Of a stretch of DNA of 64,000 bases, positions 1-10,407 are shown one piece after another (within the stretch, counting starts at the first letter, position 1; each line of letters begins with the position of its first letter). The position numbers and the translations under genes are program-made. The DNA is from Armatimonadota bacterium (GTDB lineage Bacteria; Armatimonadota; UBA5829; DTLH01), in contig JBDKUN010000050.1 of the NCBI GenBank assembly GCA_039679675.1, positions 60,687 through 124,686 of the forward strand, in the 5' to 3' direction. The notes under the pieces were generated by a model. The model made no database searches, had not been told where the DNA came from, and saw only the letters and a program-made list of their open reading frames with translations.

Positions 1-378
1 ATCGCCATCGGCTCAAGGGCGGTAAGCGGCGCGGTCAGAGTCGTCCATCAGCCGTTTTACAGGGAGATCGGAGGAAGAGCGCTGAACCTTTTGATCAGAA
101 TGTTTGCCGTCCCGGGCATAAAAGATACCCAATGCGGTTTCAAGCTCTTTACGAGAGAAGCCGCGCGTTCGATCTTCTCCCGCTCGATCATCGACAGGTT
201 CAGTTTCGATGTGGAAGCGCTCTACCTCGCGAGGTGTTCAGGATACAAAATTGCCGAGTTGCCAGTCCACTGGTCGGACCGCGCCAACTCCCGCGTGAAC
301 CCGCTCTGGGACGGGCTGAAGATGCTCTCGGACATAGCCAAAATCAGGTTTCACCGCTACAAGAGGTATACAGAGTGA
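1..378 (+). CDS. GT2 glycosyltransferase, dolichyl-phosphate glucosyltransferase-like (5'-truncated by window edge)
   Basis: Frame is open from base 1 (IAIGSR...); motifs DTQCGFKLF, FSFDVEAL and IAELPVHW. Confidence 0.85.
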   Translation: MAIGSRAVSGAVRVVHQPFYREIGGRALNLLIRMFAVPGIKDTQCGFKLFTREAARSIFSRSIIDRFSFDVEALYLARCSGYKIAELPVHWSDRANSRVNPLWDGLKMLSDIAKIRFHRYKRYTE

Positions 379-1214
379 TCGGTTACATCGCAGGAGCGGC
401 AGCAGGGCTATTGGCGGCATACTCTATATTCATCGAGCGAAAAGCCCTGGGACTGACGAAGCTCGAACTGAACTACAGCAGCCTTCCAAAGCCGTTCGAC
501 GGTTTCACCATCCTCCATCTCTCCGACCTGCACATCGCTCACTGGTGGGCAGTCGAACGGAAGATGGAAGAGATAGTGCGCGGGCTCGATGCGGACCTGC
601 TCGTGATAACCGGCGACATTGCCGTGAGCGCGAAAGGCGCACAACTGGTCAAAGAATTCCTCGGCCGCGTACGGCCGGGCCGCGAGACTTTCGCGGTCTA
701 CGGCAACACAGAGCACAAAGGAGATTTCGGCAGACAGCGTAGAGAAGACCTAGTATGGGACGGGCTACGTTTGTTGACGAACGAGCATGTCCTCATCGAA
801 CGTGGAGGAGACAATATTATCCTGGCCGGAGTGGACGACCCATTTGAGCGGTACGACGACCTGCCACGCGCGCTCGAAGACGCTCCCGATGATAAATTCA
901 AGATACTTCTTGCACATGCTCCGAGTGTGGCGGGCGATGCAGCAGACGCAGGTGTCGACCTGCTGCTTTCCGGCCATACGCACGGCGGCCAGATCAGGTT
1001 TCCGCTGATCGGAGCAGTGTATCCTCACATAAGAAAGTATAAACAGCTGGTTATCGGGCTCTTCGAAGGCCGGAGACTCAGCAAGATCCTGAAGCGTGAC
1101 ACCGGTGAAATGAGAGTCTACGTCAGCCGTGGAATAGGCATCAGCAACCTGCCCATGAGGTTCCTCTGCCCTCCCGAAATCGTCCGCATAACGCTCCGCC
1201 GCACGCGGGACTGA
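375..1214 (+). CDS. Metallophosphoesterase (YkuE-like) with N-terminal membrane anchor
   Basis: Motifs SDLH, TGD, GNTE, LAHAP and SGHTHGGQ. GTG start at 375 overlaps the upstream stop. Confidence 0.88.
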   Translation: MIGYIAGAAAGLLAAYSIFIERKALGLTKLELNYSSLPKPFDGFTILHLSDLHIAHWWAVERKMEEIVRGLDADLLVITGDIAVSAKGAQLVKEFLGRVRPGRETFAVYGNTEHKGDFGRQRREDLVWDGLRLLTNEHVLIERGGDNIILAGVDDPFERYDDLPRALEDAPDDKFKILLAHAPSVAGDAADAGVDLLLSGHTHGGQIRFPLIGAVYPHIRKYKQLVIGLFEGRRLSKILKRDTGEMRVYVSRGIGISNLPMRFLCPPEIVRITLRRTRD

Positions 1215-1266
1215 AGCCTGCACGAGGTAATGCCGATAATCCCATATAGGAATTGGAGGGCACCCT

Positions 1267-1641
1267 ATGGCAAAGAGGATTATGATAGTAGATGACAGTA
1301 TGTACACCCGGCTAGAGTTGCGCAACCTGCTGCTTTCCCACGGATATGCCGTTGCGGGAGAAGCCTCGAACGGACGTGCTGCCGTGGAAATGTACGACCG
1401 AATCAAGCCCGACCTGACCATAGTGGACGCACAGATGCCCGACATGGACGGAGTATGCACCATCCGACAGATCCACCTGCTTGATCCGAACGCATTATTA
1501 CTGGTCTGCGCAAGTTCCGGAGAGAGAGGAATCGCTATGGAGGCGATGAGCGCCGGTGCTGTCGATTTATGCGTCAAGCCCTTTGTAGAAAGAGCCGTCA
1601 CAAGCACCATCCGCCGTGCCCTGGCTGGGATTGTCCGCTAG
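1267..1641 (+). CDS. Single-domain response regulator (CheY-like)
   Basis: IMIVDD, phosphoacceptor VDAQMPDMDG and KPF; GGAGG RBS. Confidence 0.9.
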   Translation: MAKRIMIVDDSMYTRLELRNLLLSHGYAVAGEASNGRAAVEMYDRIKPDLTIVDAQMPDMDGVCTIRQIHLLDPNALLLVCASSGERGIAMEAMSAGAVDLCVKPFVERAVTSTIRRALAGIVR

Positions 1642-1665
1642 GCCGCATTACCGGGCCTCTATACC

Positions 1666-2415
1666 TTAGGCAGCTTGCTCAAGTCCTGTCTCAGGTTGAG
1701 GAATTCTTCGCTTGTAGGCTCTGACCCATGTAGTCGGGTACCATACCAGCCTTTTACCCACGGCGAGCCTATGCCAGTGCGCCCGCCTGAAGTGACCTTG
1801 GACTTCAGTCGTCCGAGGTTTGGGTTCTCCCGGCTTTCGACGGATTATCCGCTTTTTCGGTCCGCTTGCAGACTGGAATGTATAGTATCCTGAAAGCGCC
1901 AGCTTTCTCTCAGGCCGCAGATTATGCCGGATTGCAAGCACATTCGGCGCAGTCACATACCCCGCAAGCCAGTAAAGCAGGTTTACGACTCTATTCTCCC
2001 CTTCCGGCAGAGTCTCGCCGGGAGTAAAGCTGAAATTATACCTCGGCAGCGCCGTGGCACGCCGTTCATCAAACCATACCCGGACTTTATAATGAAATTC
2101 ACTGGTCACTGAGACAAGTATGCCGCGTGCGCCCTCCCCTCGCTCGGTAGGAAGCTCCACAGGAGCATCGAACTGGATAAATACTGTGTCGAACGGCAAT
2201 TGAAACTCCCGCTTCAGGTCTTCAGGCGCTTCGCCGTTCTCCACGAGACGCTCTGCCTCATCACTTCCGATTATGAAGAGCTCGGCGGAGCATATTTCCC
2301 GTTCTATTTCCGAAGTGTCTACTCCCATCAGCCCTGGAAGCGCCAATTCAGCGGATTCTTTTGCTTCTCTCAGCCTTTCGAGAAGCCTCTCAAACCATAT
2401 AGTTCTTACTTGCAT
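1666..2415 (-). CDS. Hypothetical protein with phage-like C-terminal motif
   Basis: 249 aa ORF with AGGAG RBS; basic C-terminus with GHFRRAHWH...WVRAY motif. Confidence 0.6.
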   Translation of the reverse strand: MQVRTIWFERLLERLREAKESAELALPGLMGVDTSEIEREICSAELFIIGSDEAERLVENGEAPEDLKREFQLPFDTVFIQFDAPVELPTERGEGARGILVSVTSEFHYKVRVWFDERRATALPRYNFSFTPGETLPEGENRVVNLLYWLAGYVTAPNVLAIRHNLRPERKLALSGYYTFQSASGPKKRIIRRKPGEPKPRTTEVQGHFRRAHWHRLAVGKRLVWYPTTWVRAYKRRIPQPETGLEQAA

Positions 2416-2630
2416 CTCCTTACCCGCTCTGTTCGTTGTCTGTTAATATTATACCCATATGTAGTGAACAGAATGGATTAGTGGAGAATCGTACTTCGGG
2501 ACAACGAAACACGAGATACAGGAAATTTACAATTAGACAGATAAGTAAGTTTGCATAGGATACAATGAGCCGCCATCGGTTCAACGACATCATATTTAGT
2601 TTCAAATACTCTTGGGGGAAACAAATTATC

Positions 2631-3188
2631 ATGACAACCGCTGAATGGATTGCTTTAATGGTTGCAGGAATTAGTCTATTCGGAACTGTGTTTGTTGCGA
2701 TCCTTAATATATCCATCTTTCGAAAACAAGAATACATAAAGAACCACTTGAATATGGGGTTACTTGAATATCAAATCAAGTTTCCTAAGCGCCACGAAAA
2801 AGAACTCCAACTAGTTCCTACTATAGAAAAAATGGTAGAGGAACTATGGTACGACTTTAAACAGAACCGATTTGATGAGTCAAATAATCGGTATCTATAC
2901 CTCGATATCCCCTTTTTCCTATCATGTAAGCGGCTATATCTACCTTCTAGCCTCGTAGATGCACTAGAAGAACTATCATTGTTAAATTTCCAAGGGCGTG
3001 TTTTGGAAAGGCAACTAAATAATGCGGATATTAATACAATCGTTAAGCAGGATCTAGAAAAATCAGTCAATGAAACTGCTACCAAAATGGAAGCTGCATT
3101 TGATAATGTCAACAAGGAATTACGACACATACTTGGTTATCTGGATAATGTTAGCAAAACAAAGAAGTCTAGAAATCGTAAAAAGTAG
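2631..3188 (+). CDS. Hypothetical AT-rich protein with N-terminal TM helix
   Basis: ORF 2565-3188, likely ATG at 2631. Hydrophobic WIALMVAGISLFGTVFVAIL; visibly AT-rich relative to flanks. Confidence 0.6.
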   Translation: MTTAEWIALMVAGISLFGTVFVAILNISIFRKQEYIKNHLNMGLLEYQIKFPKRHEKELQLVPTIEKMVEELWYDFKQNRFDESNNRYLYLDIPFFLSCKRLYLPSSLVDALEELSLLNFQGRVLERQLNNADINTIVKQDLEKSVNETATKMEAAFDNVNKELRHILGYLDNVSKTKKSRNRKK

Positions 3189-3291
3189 ATGTTATGCTGT
3201 AGACTTCCACTATCTGTAGGATCCATGTTTCCAAACAAGAAAAGACTGCGACTGATGGCGGCCACTACACATATTGGTGGATGCCGATGGA

Positions 3292-3323
3292 AAAGCGGAA
3301 GCTGGCGCTTCCGCACTCCAAAG
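3292..3323. repeat. REP-like palindrome (GGAGTGCG type on minus strand)
   Basis: AAAGCGGAAGC-TGGC-GCTTCCGC-ACTCCAAAG hairpin in an intergenic region. Confidence 0.55.
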
Positions 3324-3427
3324 AAATTGGTGGAGATTTACAGTATAAGTGCAAATGCTGTAAATCTCCACCTTCCGCGTTTCCTCTTATTCCGCGTCTC
3401 CGCGGTTCGAAAGCTGATAGCTGACAA

Positions 3428-4144
3428 CTACCCTGTCTTCTTCTTCCCCAACTCCCCCTTTTCCAGCCGGATTACGGGCGTGGGGCGGCGGACATAGCGC
3501 GGCACAAGGCCAAAGAGGTCGTCTGTGTCGTTTTTCACCAACCGGTCGATGCCGAGCTTTGCCAGGATAGACGGGCGCGGCGTGTTGAACCACTCCGGGA
3601 GGATGCTTTCTTCGCCAAACGTCGATGCCAGGAGCCCATGGTTTCTTGCAGCTCCGTCGCCGCAGAAGACGATCTTTTTCTCCTTTTTGGCGACATCAAC
3701 CATCTCTTCCACGGTCGATGCGGTGTCTTCGACTACTTTCTGGAGTTTTCCATCTTCCCATCTGTAGAGCGCCCAGAATACATCGCCGGGCCTTGCGTGG
3801 ATTAAGGTTGCGATAGACCTCGGACATGCGGCAGCGGCTCCCTCAGCAAGCACGTCCAGAGTCGGCACACCTGCTACCGGCCTGCCGAGCACCTGCGCAA
3901 TAGATTTCGCCGTAGCCATGCCGATTCTGAGCCCAGTAAACGACCCCGGCCCAAGCGCTATGATGACTCCGTCCAGTTCAGCCCTGCTTTTACCGGCATC
4001 TGTCAGTATCCGGTCTATATTCGGGACCAGACGCTTCAAAAGGTCCATTTTCTGCCGGAAACTGAGCTCCGTTAAAAATTTCGATTCAGTTGCGAGCGCA
4101 AGTCCCGCAACGTCGCCTGATGTATCAATCGCAAGTGCGAGCAT
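3428..4144 (-). CDS. tsaB: tRNA threonylcarbamoyladenosine biosynthesis protein TsaB
   Basis: LAIDTS and GPGSFTGLRIG motifs; adjacent to tsaE. Confidence 0.95.
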   Translation of the reverse strand: MLALAIDTSGDVAGLALATESKFLTELSFRQKMDLLKRLVPNIDRILTDAGKSRAELDGVIIALGPGSFTGLRIGMATAKSIAQVLGRPVAGVPTLDVLAEGAAAACPRSIATLIHARPGDVFWALYRWEDGKLQKVVEDTASTVEEMVDVAKKEKKIVFCGDGAARNHGLLASTFGEESILPEWFNTPRPSILAKLGIDRLVKNDTDDLFGLVPRYVRRPTPVIRLEKGELGKKKTG

Positions 4145-4619
4145 TACCTACCACCGATTCTATAATCTCGTTCAGCCGCTCGGACGTGGCGCTGATTTGT
4201 ATTTTCCTACGGTCATCGCCTGCATATCCGAGGTTTATTTCTATATGTTCAGCGGGAAGGAGCTTCGGCGCACGGTCCGCCCATTCGATTACCACTATTC
4301 CATCGCCGTAGAGGTATTCTTCCAGCCCAAGGAACTCTATGTCCTCGTCCCCGCTCAATCTGTAAAGATCGACATGATAGAATGGCACTCTTCCGGCGTG
4401 TTCATGGATGAGCGTAAATGTTGGGCTGTGTATCTCGGCTTCCACACCGGCTCCCAGGGCAATGCCCTTAGTCATAGTCGTCTTACCCGCTCCGAGGTCG
4501 CCGTAGAGTGCGATCACGTCTCCCGGCCCAAGCCGCGAACCGAGTGACTCACCGAACACAATAGTCTCTTCAGCGTTATCCGTGCATACAGTAAACATGT
4601 CTTTCATCATCACATTCAT
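4125..4619 (-). CDS. tsaE: tRNA threonylcarbamoyladenosine biosynthesis ATPase TsaE
   Basis: GDLGAGKT, SPTFTL, HVDLYRL and IEW motifs. Exact start uncertain. Confidence 0.95.
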   Translation of the reverse strand: MNVMMKDMFTVCTDNAEETIVFGESLGSRLGPGDVIALYGDLGAGKTTMTKGIALGAGVEAEIHSPTFTLIHEHAGRVPFYHVDLYRLSGDEDIEFLGLEEYLYGDGIVVIEWADRAPKLLPAEHIEINLGYAGDDRRKIQISATSERLNEIIESVVGNARTCD

Positions 4620-4721
4620 TATTACCCCTGCGCCTGTGAAGAGTTCAATAAAAGGGGCCGAATTCCCTCCATGTACGGCAAAAGCAGCGGATTAACCCGC
4701 TGCCTTATGCCGGATCGGTAT

Positions 4722-5894
4722 TCAATTGTTCTGTCGAGCAGTATCTGCTTCTTCCACACTACTCGGCGGATTTACAATAGAATCATCAGCAATATCCAGC
4801 TCTATCAGGTGCTCGGTTATCTTGCTGTGGTCATGGCGGTGATGGATGTCCGGCGCATGCGGGTGCGTGTGCACCAGGAGTTCGTGTTTATGCATGTGCG
4901 AATGCGCCCCATTACCGCAATAACCATCCTCATGAGTATGGTTGTGATGCATATCATCGTGGCGGTGGCGGTGCTCATGTTCTATCGGAAGATGCTTATG
5001 GACATGACAGTGATTCTCACCCAGCAGGAGGATAGCCCCTGCAATCATGAGCGGCACAGCCAGCAAAAACGGCATACTCGGTAGTTCGCGGAATAGAATG
5101 AACGAAAGTATCGCTCCGATAAATGGCGCCGTGCCGAAATAGGCGCTTGTTCTTGCCGCTCCGAGGCCGCGCATCGCGAGTACGGTCAACATGATACACA
5201 TTCCGTAGCTTATGCTGCCGATCAACAATGCTGCAAGGACAATCGTTATGCCGGGGAGGCTTCGGCCAAGGACAAGCGCCGGAATCAGCGTAAAAGTGCC
5301 TGCGCACAACCCATATATGGTAACTATCTTGAGCGGGTCTTTGGAGGAAATATTCCTGAGCAGGTTATTGTTCAGACCCCAAAGCACACAGGTTGTAATC
5401 ACACCGAGAGCACCGATTGAAATGCCCCAACCGCCCGAAGTATCAAGCGACAGTAGTATACCGGCTGCTGTAATGAAACCTATAGCCGTCCATATCCGCG
5501 GCCCCGCAGCCTCCTGAAAGAGCAGTGAAGCGATAAGTATCGTGGCAACGCCTTCAAAATTGAACAACATCGAGGCTGTCGCCGCGGGAGTGACTCTGAG
5601 GCTGACCATGAGAATGATAGGAGCGGCCATGCCGCCTATAACAGTGGCTCCGGCGAGCCATGGAATGTCTGCTCTCTCAAGCGGCGCTTCTGCTTTATCG
5701 CACTTCCGCCCGATACCCCTTAAAAGCACAAACAGCAGGGAACTGATGCCGCTGCCGATGTACAAAAATGCTGCCAGGAGAAGAGGATCGATTTTTCCGA
5801 GAAGCATCTTTGAAAAAGGCATGCTCGCGCCGAAAAGCGCTGCGGCCAGGATAGCCTGCACCGTGGCCTTAACAAAGGATTTGGATTTTATCAA
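4722..5894 (-). CDS. DMT/EamA transporter with His-rich C-terminal tail
   Basis: About 10 TM segments, then HCHVHKH...[16 protein letters not shown]...[15 protein letters not shown]. Confidence 0.88.
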   Translation of the reverse strand: MIKSKSFVKATVQAILAAALFGASMPFSKMLLGKIDPLLLAAFLYIGSGISSLLFVLLRGIGRKCDKAEAPLERADIPWLAGATVIGGMAAPIILMVSLRVTPAATASMLFNFEGVATILIASLLFQEAAGPRIWTAIGFITAAGILLSLDTSGGWGISIGALGVITTCVLWGLNNNLLRNISSKDPLKIVTIYGLCAGTFTLIPALVLGRSLPGITIVLAALLIGSISYGMCIMLTVLAMRGLGAARTSAYFGTAPFIGAILSFILFRELPSMPFLLAVPLMIAGAILLLGENHCHVHKHLPIEHEHRHRHDDMHHNHTHEDGYCGNGAHSHMHKHELLVHTHPHAPDIHHRHDHSKITEHLIELDIADDSIVNPPSSVEEADTARQNN

Positions 5895-7768
5895 TGAACA
5901 GTCCTCGCCAATTGTTCCAAATGCACCGCTAGGATGGCAATGTCCGCGGGAGTAACTCCCGGAATACGGGATGCCTGGCCAAGCGTGAGCGGCCTCACCT
6001 TCGAAAGTTTGTCCTTAGCCTCACATGAAAGCGCTCTTATGGAACTGAAATCAATATTTTCCGGCACCGACTTGACCTCAAGCCTCCGGTTTCTTTCAAC
6101 TTGAGCAAGCTCCCGGTCTATGTAGCCCTGATATTTGACCGAAAGCTCAACCTGCTCCGCCGCGTCCGGCTCCAACCTGCCGTTGCTCGATGCGCGGATT
6201 ATGTCCTGATACGATACTTCCGGCCTTCTGAGTATTTCTTCAAGACTTGCGGGCCTGCCGAGAGATTCTATGCCTATCAGATCGAGTTTGTCGCTCTCAT
6301 TCGGCTTGATAAACGTGCTTTCAAGCCGAATGAGTTCTTTGTCTATAAATTCTTTTTTATGATTGAGCGCAGCCCACCGCTCATCACCTGCAAGCCCGAT
6401 CTCTCTTCCGAGCGGGGTCAGCCTGAGGTCAGCGTTGTCTTGTCTTAGTAGCAGCCTGTACTCCGCGCGGGATGTCAGGAGCCTGTACGGGTCCATCACG
6501 CCCTTCGTCACCAGATCATCGATCATCACGCCGATGTAGCCGAGGTTCCTGGGGACTATTACGGCATCTCTCCCCTGCACCTTCATCGCGGCGTTGATTC
6601 CCGCCATAAGCCCCTGCGCGGCGGCTTCTTCATAGCCTGAAGTCCCATTCAACTGCCCTGCGAAGAAGAGCCCTTCCACCGGTTTCGTCTCAAGGCTCGG
6701 CTTGAGCTGAGTCGGCTGCGCGAAATCGTATTCGATGGCATAGCCCGGACGGATCATCTCCGCTTCTTCGAGCCCCGGAATGGTCGCGATGAACTCGTGC
6801 TGCACGTCTTCCGGCATGGATGTGGACATCCCCTGCACGTAGATTTCATCGGTGTCCCAACCCTCCTGCTCCAGAAAGACCTGGTGCCGCTCCCTGTTCG
6901 GGAACCTGACGACCTTGTCCTCGATTGAAGGGCAGTAGCGCGGCCCGATGCCGTTTATCCGCCCGCCGTACATAGCAGAACGGCTGAGATTGGTCCGGAT
7001 GACATCATGCGTCCGCTCGTTCGTATACGTGAGCCAGCAGGGAAGGAGCCCTTCCCGCTTCACCAACGGCGTCATAAACGAAAATGCCAGCGGTTCAGGG
7101 TCGGACGGCTGAATTTCCGTCTTGGAGAAGTCGATTGTGCGCTTGTCGAGCCTGGGCGTCGTGCCGGTCTTCAGCCTCCCAAGCTCTATCCCGTTCTCTC
7201 GAAGGCTTTCAGAGAGCGCGTTTGCCGGAGGCTCGTCCGCTCTTCCGGCGGGGTAGCTGGTTTCTCCTATGTGGATGAGCCCACGAAGAAAAGTACCGGT
7301 AGTGACGACGGCGGTCTTGCATGAGAACTCCTCGCCGCTTGCCAGCCTTACCCCTGCAATCCTTGAACGTCCGGAAGCCGGACGTTCGATAATCAGATCT
7401 TCGACCAGACCTTCTTTGAGCTCCAGGTTCGGCTGAGCTTCGATAACCCGCCGCATCTCCCGGCTGTAGAGCTTCTTGTCGGCCTGAGCGCGTATCGCCC
7501 GGACGGCAGGGCCCTTCCCGGTGTTAAGCATCCGAATATGTGTATATGTAGCATCGATAGCGAGGCCCATCTGCCCGCCGAGCGCATCGATCTCCCGCAC
7601 GAGATGGCCCTTTGCAGGCCCGCCGATGGAGCAGTTACACGGCATGAGTGAGACTTTGTCCGCGTTTATTGTGAGAAGAAGCGTCCTGCAGCCGAGCCTT
7701 GCCGCCGCAAGCGCAGCCTCACTCCCCGCGTGCCCCGCACCGATGACTATAACTTCGTAATAATTCAT
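5891..7768 (-). CDS. mnmG: tRNA uridine 5-carboxymethylaminomethyl modification enzyme MnmG
   Basis: [40 protein letters not shown] and SRAEYRL motifs. Confidence 0.98.
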   Translation of the reverse strand: MNYYEVIVIGAGHAGSEAALAAARLGCRTLLLTINADKVSLMPCNCSIGGPAKGHLVREIDALGGQMGLAIDATYTHIRMLNTGKGPAVRAIRAQADKKLYSREMRRVIEAQPNLELKEGLVEDLIIERPASGRSRIAGVRLASGEEFSCKTAVVTTGTFLRGLIHIGETSYPAGRADEPPANALSESLRENGIELGRLKTGTTPRLDKRTIDFSKTEIQPSDPEPLAFSFMTPLVKREGLLPCWLTYTNERTHDVIRTNLSRSAMYGGRINGIGPRYCPSIEDKVVRFPNRERHQVFLEQEGWDTDEIYVQGMSTSMPEDVQHEFIATIPGLEEAEMIRPGYAIEYDFAQPTQLKPSLETKPVEGLFFAGQLNGTSGYEEAAAQGLMAGINAAMKVQGRDAVIVPRNLGYIGVMIDDLVTKGVMDPYRLLTSRAEYRLLLRQDNADLRLTPLGREIGLAGDERWAALNHKKEFIDKELIRLESTFIKPNESDKLDLIGIESLGRPASLEEILRRPEVSYQDIIRASSNGRLEPDAAEQVELSVKYQGYIDRELAQVERNRRLEVKSVPENIDFSSIRALSCEAKDKLSKVRPLTLGQASRIPGVTPADIAILAVHLEQLARTVH

Positions 7769-7844
7769 ACCTTACTATTATATCACGGGGAAAGAGAGAA
7801 CAGATGACGGAGAACAGAAGGATTTGGGATATAGAGTTAAGGTT

Positions 7845-7893
7845 ACAAATTCAAATAGCTGGTTTCGGCAAAAAAACGCACGTCGAAACATCA
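7845..7893 (+). repeat. Direct repeat copy 1 (~50 bp, hairpin-forming)
   Basis: ACAAATTCAAATAGCTGGTTTCGGCAAAAAAACGCACGTCGAAACATCA; about 90% identical to 10474-10523. Confidence 0.8.
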
Positions 7894-8001
7894 CAAGCTC
7901 GCATGAAAAGATTTGTGTGTTTTTCTGTCACATTAGAAGGAATATGGCTGGCAGGCGAAGAACAATAGGTGTAAATACATCGGGTGCAGTTTGGCCCGGC
8001 A

Positions 8002-9084
8002 ATGGAGGATAACGCCTTGTCCGGTTCTGCAAAACAACGATCAAAGAATCACTTCAGATTTCATCATCCTTATGCACTTATCGCTTCTCTGTTGGTCCTT
8101 CTTATCAGTGGATTGGCTGTTTGGGCATATTCAGGTGCTCAGGCTAAGATCACAGCATCTGTCGAAGTCTCTACCAAAACCACCTCCCCTGTTACACTTG
8201 CCCCTGATACTCAGGTAGCGGTATTCACAGCTAGAACGGGGCAGTGGATAAAGACCCCATTTGCAGATGTAAAGCCAGGTAGTGAATTCACCTACAGCGG
8301 CCATTTCTACAGATTGACTGATTCCGGCAAGGCAGAGATGCTCCCTGGCATTGATGTCAGCAAGCTGGCAGATGCCGACAGTCCTTATGACAAAACTAAT
8401 CACCGCGCACCCCAGGCAGATGATGTCGTTCAGGTGCTGAGCAAAGAGATACGGGTTGTGGGACACGCTGTGCTTAGGACAGTGGAGCCCGGCACCAGAA
8501 TCTGTTTTCAAGGAAGGGCTTACGATCTGGCGACAGACCGCAGCCTCTTGGACACAGGCATTGTGTCCGCAAGAGTGACAAAGACATTCCAGCATACTGG
8601 TTCGAATGCGGCCAACACTCTCATTGATGTGACCATCCGAACGCTAGATGGTAAGCAGAGTGTTCTCCATGCAACGCCAAACCACCCGTTCTACGTGCCG
8701 AACCGCAAGCAGTATGTTGAGCTGGGGGAACTGAAACCGGGAACTAGGCTTAAAACTGCTGACTATGGAGAAGCTACCATTGTGGCAATGAACACCCGCA
8801 ATGGCAAGTTCGATGTCTATAACCTGGAGGTCGAGGGACCGCACAACTACCATGTCGGCGATCAGAAGGTGCTGGTGCACAATAAGCCGCAAATCTCCAA
8901 TCTTAATAAGAGAGCTGGCGACTTAATTAGTGGAGGGCTAAAACGCGTGAAAGGCTATCCCAGCAATCTGGAGGATTTGACTTATCAGCAGATTCTGGAG
9001 GAAGTAGATAATGGAACCCCAGGCGCACAGTTGATGAAAAAGTTAATAGAACAAAGTAAACGGCTAAAAGGCAAAGGTTACTAA
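8002..9084 (+). CDS. Polymorphic toxin: signal/TM segment, Hint domain, 66 aa C-terminal tip
   Basis: Hint motifs ATPNHPFY, LKPGTRLKT and VYNLEVEGPHNYHVG...VLVHN; N-terminal hydrophobic segment; tightly followed by small ORFs. Confidence 0.85.
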   Translation: MEDNALSGSAKQRSKNHFRFHHPYALIASLLVLLISGLAVWAYSGAQAKITASVEVSTKTTSPVTLAPDTQVAVFTARTGQWIKTPFADVKPGSEFTYSGHFYRLTDSGKAEMLPGIDVSKLADADSPYDKTNHRAPQADDVVQVLSKEIRVVGHAVLRTVEPGTRICFQGRAYDLATDRSLLDTGIVSARVTKTFQHTGSNAANTLIDVTIRTLDGKQSVLHATPNHPFYVPNRKQYVELGELKPGTRLKTADYGEATIVAMNTRNGKFDVYNLEVEGPHNYHVGDQKVLVHNKPQISNLNKRAGDLISGGLKRVKGYPSNLEDLTYQQILEEVDNGTPGAQLMKKLIEQSKRLKGKGY

Positions 9085-9085
9085 T

Positions 9086-9595
9086 ATGGCAGACGGGTAT
9101 ATGCTTCTAGAGACTATCAATAGGATAAGGTCGTTGGCACAGGAAAACAAATATGACGAGATACTGAATCTAATATCTTTACTAGAAAAGTCTGAACATC
9201 TGCCTCCAAGCATCCTTGTCTGGAAGGGAGTCAGCATACAGCTTTCATCAGGGAAGACTGCAGTTAACCTGAACGATGCTGAGCTTGCATTTAGGATGGC
9301 TGTGGACATCGACAGCCGATGCGTTGAGGCCATACTTGAGTTGGCATGGTTCCTCTATGCGGTGCGCGACGATGCCATCGAGGCAGTAGCTTTGTTCGAA
9401 CAGGCGTTGGCTATCTCTCGCCAGCAGGCAGCAGACTCAGTAATAGGCGTGATACAATGTTTGCTGGAAATGGAAGGCAGACAACATGCTTTACGGTATC
9501 TGAAAGAGTCCCTTAATCCCATATATTCTTCAGAAGATGCCTGCAAGCTAGCTAAATTGAAGCATGAGATCGAGATGAATGCAAATGGCAAATAA
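9086..9595 (+). CDS. TPR-like protein, probable cognate immunity protein
   Basis: Starts 1 nt after the toxin stop; helical TPR-like pattern (AFRMAVDIDSRCVEAILELAW...AVALFEQAL). Confidence 0.6.
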   Translation: MADGYMLLETINRIRSLAQENKYDEILNLISLLEKSEHLPPSILVWKGVSIQLSSGKTAVNLNDAELAFRMAVDIDSRCVEAILELAWFLYAVRDDAIEAVALFEQALAISRQQAADSVIGVIQCLLEMEGRQHALRYLKESLNPIYSSEDACKLAKLKHEIEMNANGK

Positions 9596-9632
9596 TCCTT
9601 TGGTAATTTAAGCATCACCTTAAGGCATACAT

Positions 9633-9920
9633 ATGATTATCCACGTTTCTGAGTTGGCAAAGATCAGTGAGAAGTTGATTGCTCATCTTCGAGAGGTTGC
9701 CGGAGAGGTAATCGATGTTCCTGTCGATTGCTATTGGAACATCCCAAAAGCTCAGAAGTATAACGCTTATCAGGAGCCTTCTGAGCTTGATATGGGGCAA
9801 CTATCTGATGACTGGAATGAGTTGCAGAAAGTGCTGGAGAAGCATTTCGAACCACTTACGCATGACTTTGTTCCATTGGCAGCAATTCTGAGAGCATTAG
9901 GGGAGCACACGCTCCTCTAG
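9633..9920 (+). CDS. Small acidic protein, probable orphan immunity protein
   Basis: 95 aa with DCYWNIP...YQEP..LDMGQLSDDW motif; position downstream of the toxin-immunity pair. Confidence 0.55.
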   Translation: MIIHVSELAKISEKLIAHLREVAGEVIDVPVDCYWNIPKAQKYNAYQEPSELDMGQLSDDWNELQKVLEKHFEPLTHDFVPLAAILRALGEHTLL

Positions 9921-10103
9921 TAAGCAAACTCATTGCTCTTCCCGCCCTCATTATGCTTTTGGAGTCTTGCTTTCAGGTCAGAAGTGAGGCCTGTATAGCG
10001 TTGATTGGGAAAATCTATGCTTTGTATGAGGTAAATGTACTTCACAGGTTTGCTCCAGACCTCCGAGTACTGCTTATTCTGAGATTAATGGTAGTAGAGA
10101 AAG

Positions 10104-10138
10104 CCCACCGTCGCTTTCGTTCCTCAAGCTATGGCGGG
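10104..10138. repeat. REP-like imperfect palindrome fused to the tmRNA T-arm
   Basis: CCCACCGTCGCT...AGCTATGGCGGG stem-loop. Confidence 0.55.
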
Positions 10139-10405
10139 ACTCGAACCCGGGTCCAAAGAAGAGCTGACAGAGGCTTCTACGAGCGTATCCCGCGTTTTAA
10201 TTCTCACTTGTCAGACTCCCACAGGCGGGATTCCTTCAAGCCAGTTCGTATTGTGTCCTCTTCCCGTTACGAACGTATAGGAAGGAGCAATTCGGCTCTA
10301 TTGACACCTGTATCCGGTCACGCCGAACTAGACCGGGCAGATGCGCTAGCTAATTAAGCAGCGAGTGCGTACTGATTTGTGCCGTTTATTGGCTTGCCGC
10401 TTTTG
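10135..10405 (-). pseudogene. ssrA: tmRNA (ssrA) internal fragment lacking the 5' end and the 3' acceptor strand/CCA
   Basis: Minus strand reads ATAAAC GGC ACA AAT CAG TAC GCA CTC GCT GCT TAA (tag GTNQYALAA) and later GGACCCGGGTTCGAGTCCCG (T-arm). No GGGG..GTTTCGAC 5' end at the expected distance and no CTCCACCA. Confidence 0.8.
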
Positions 10406-10407
10406 AT

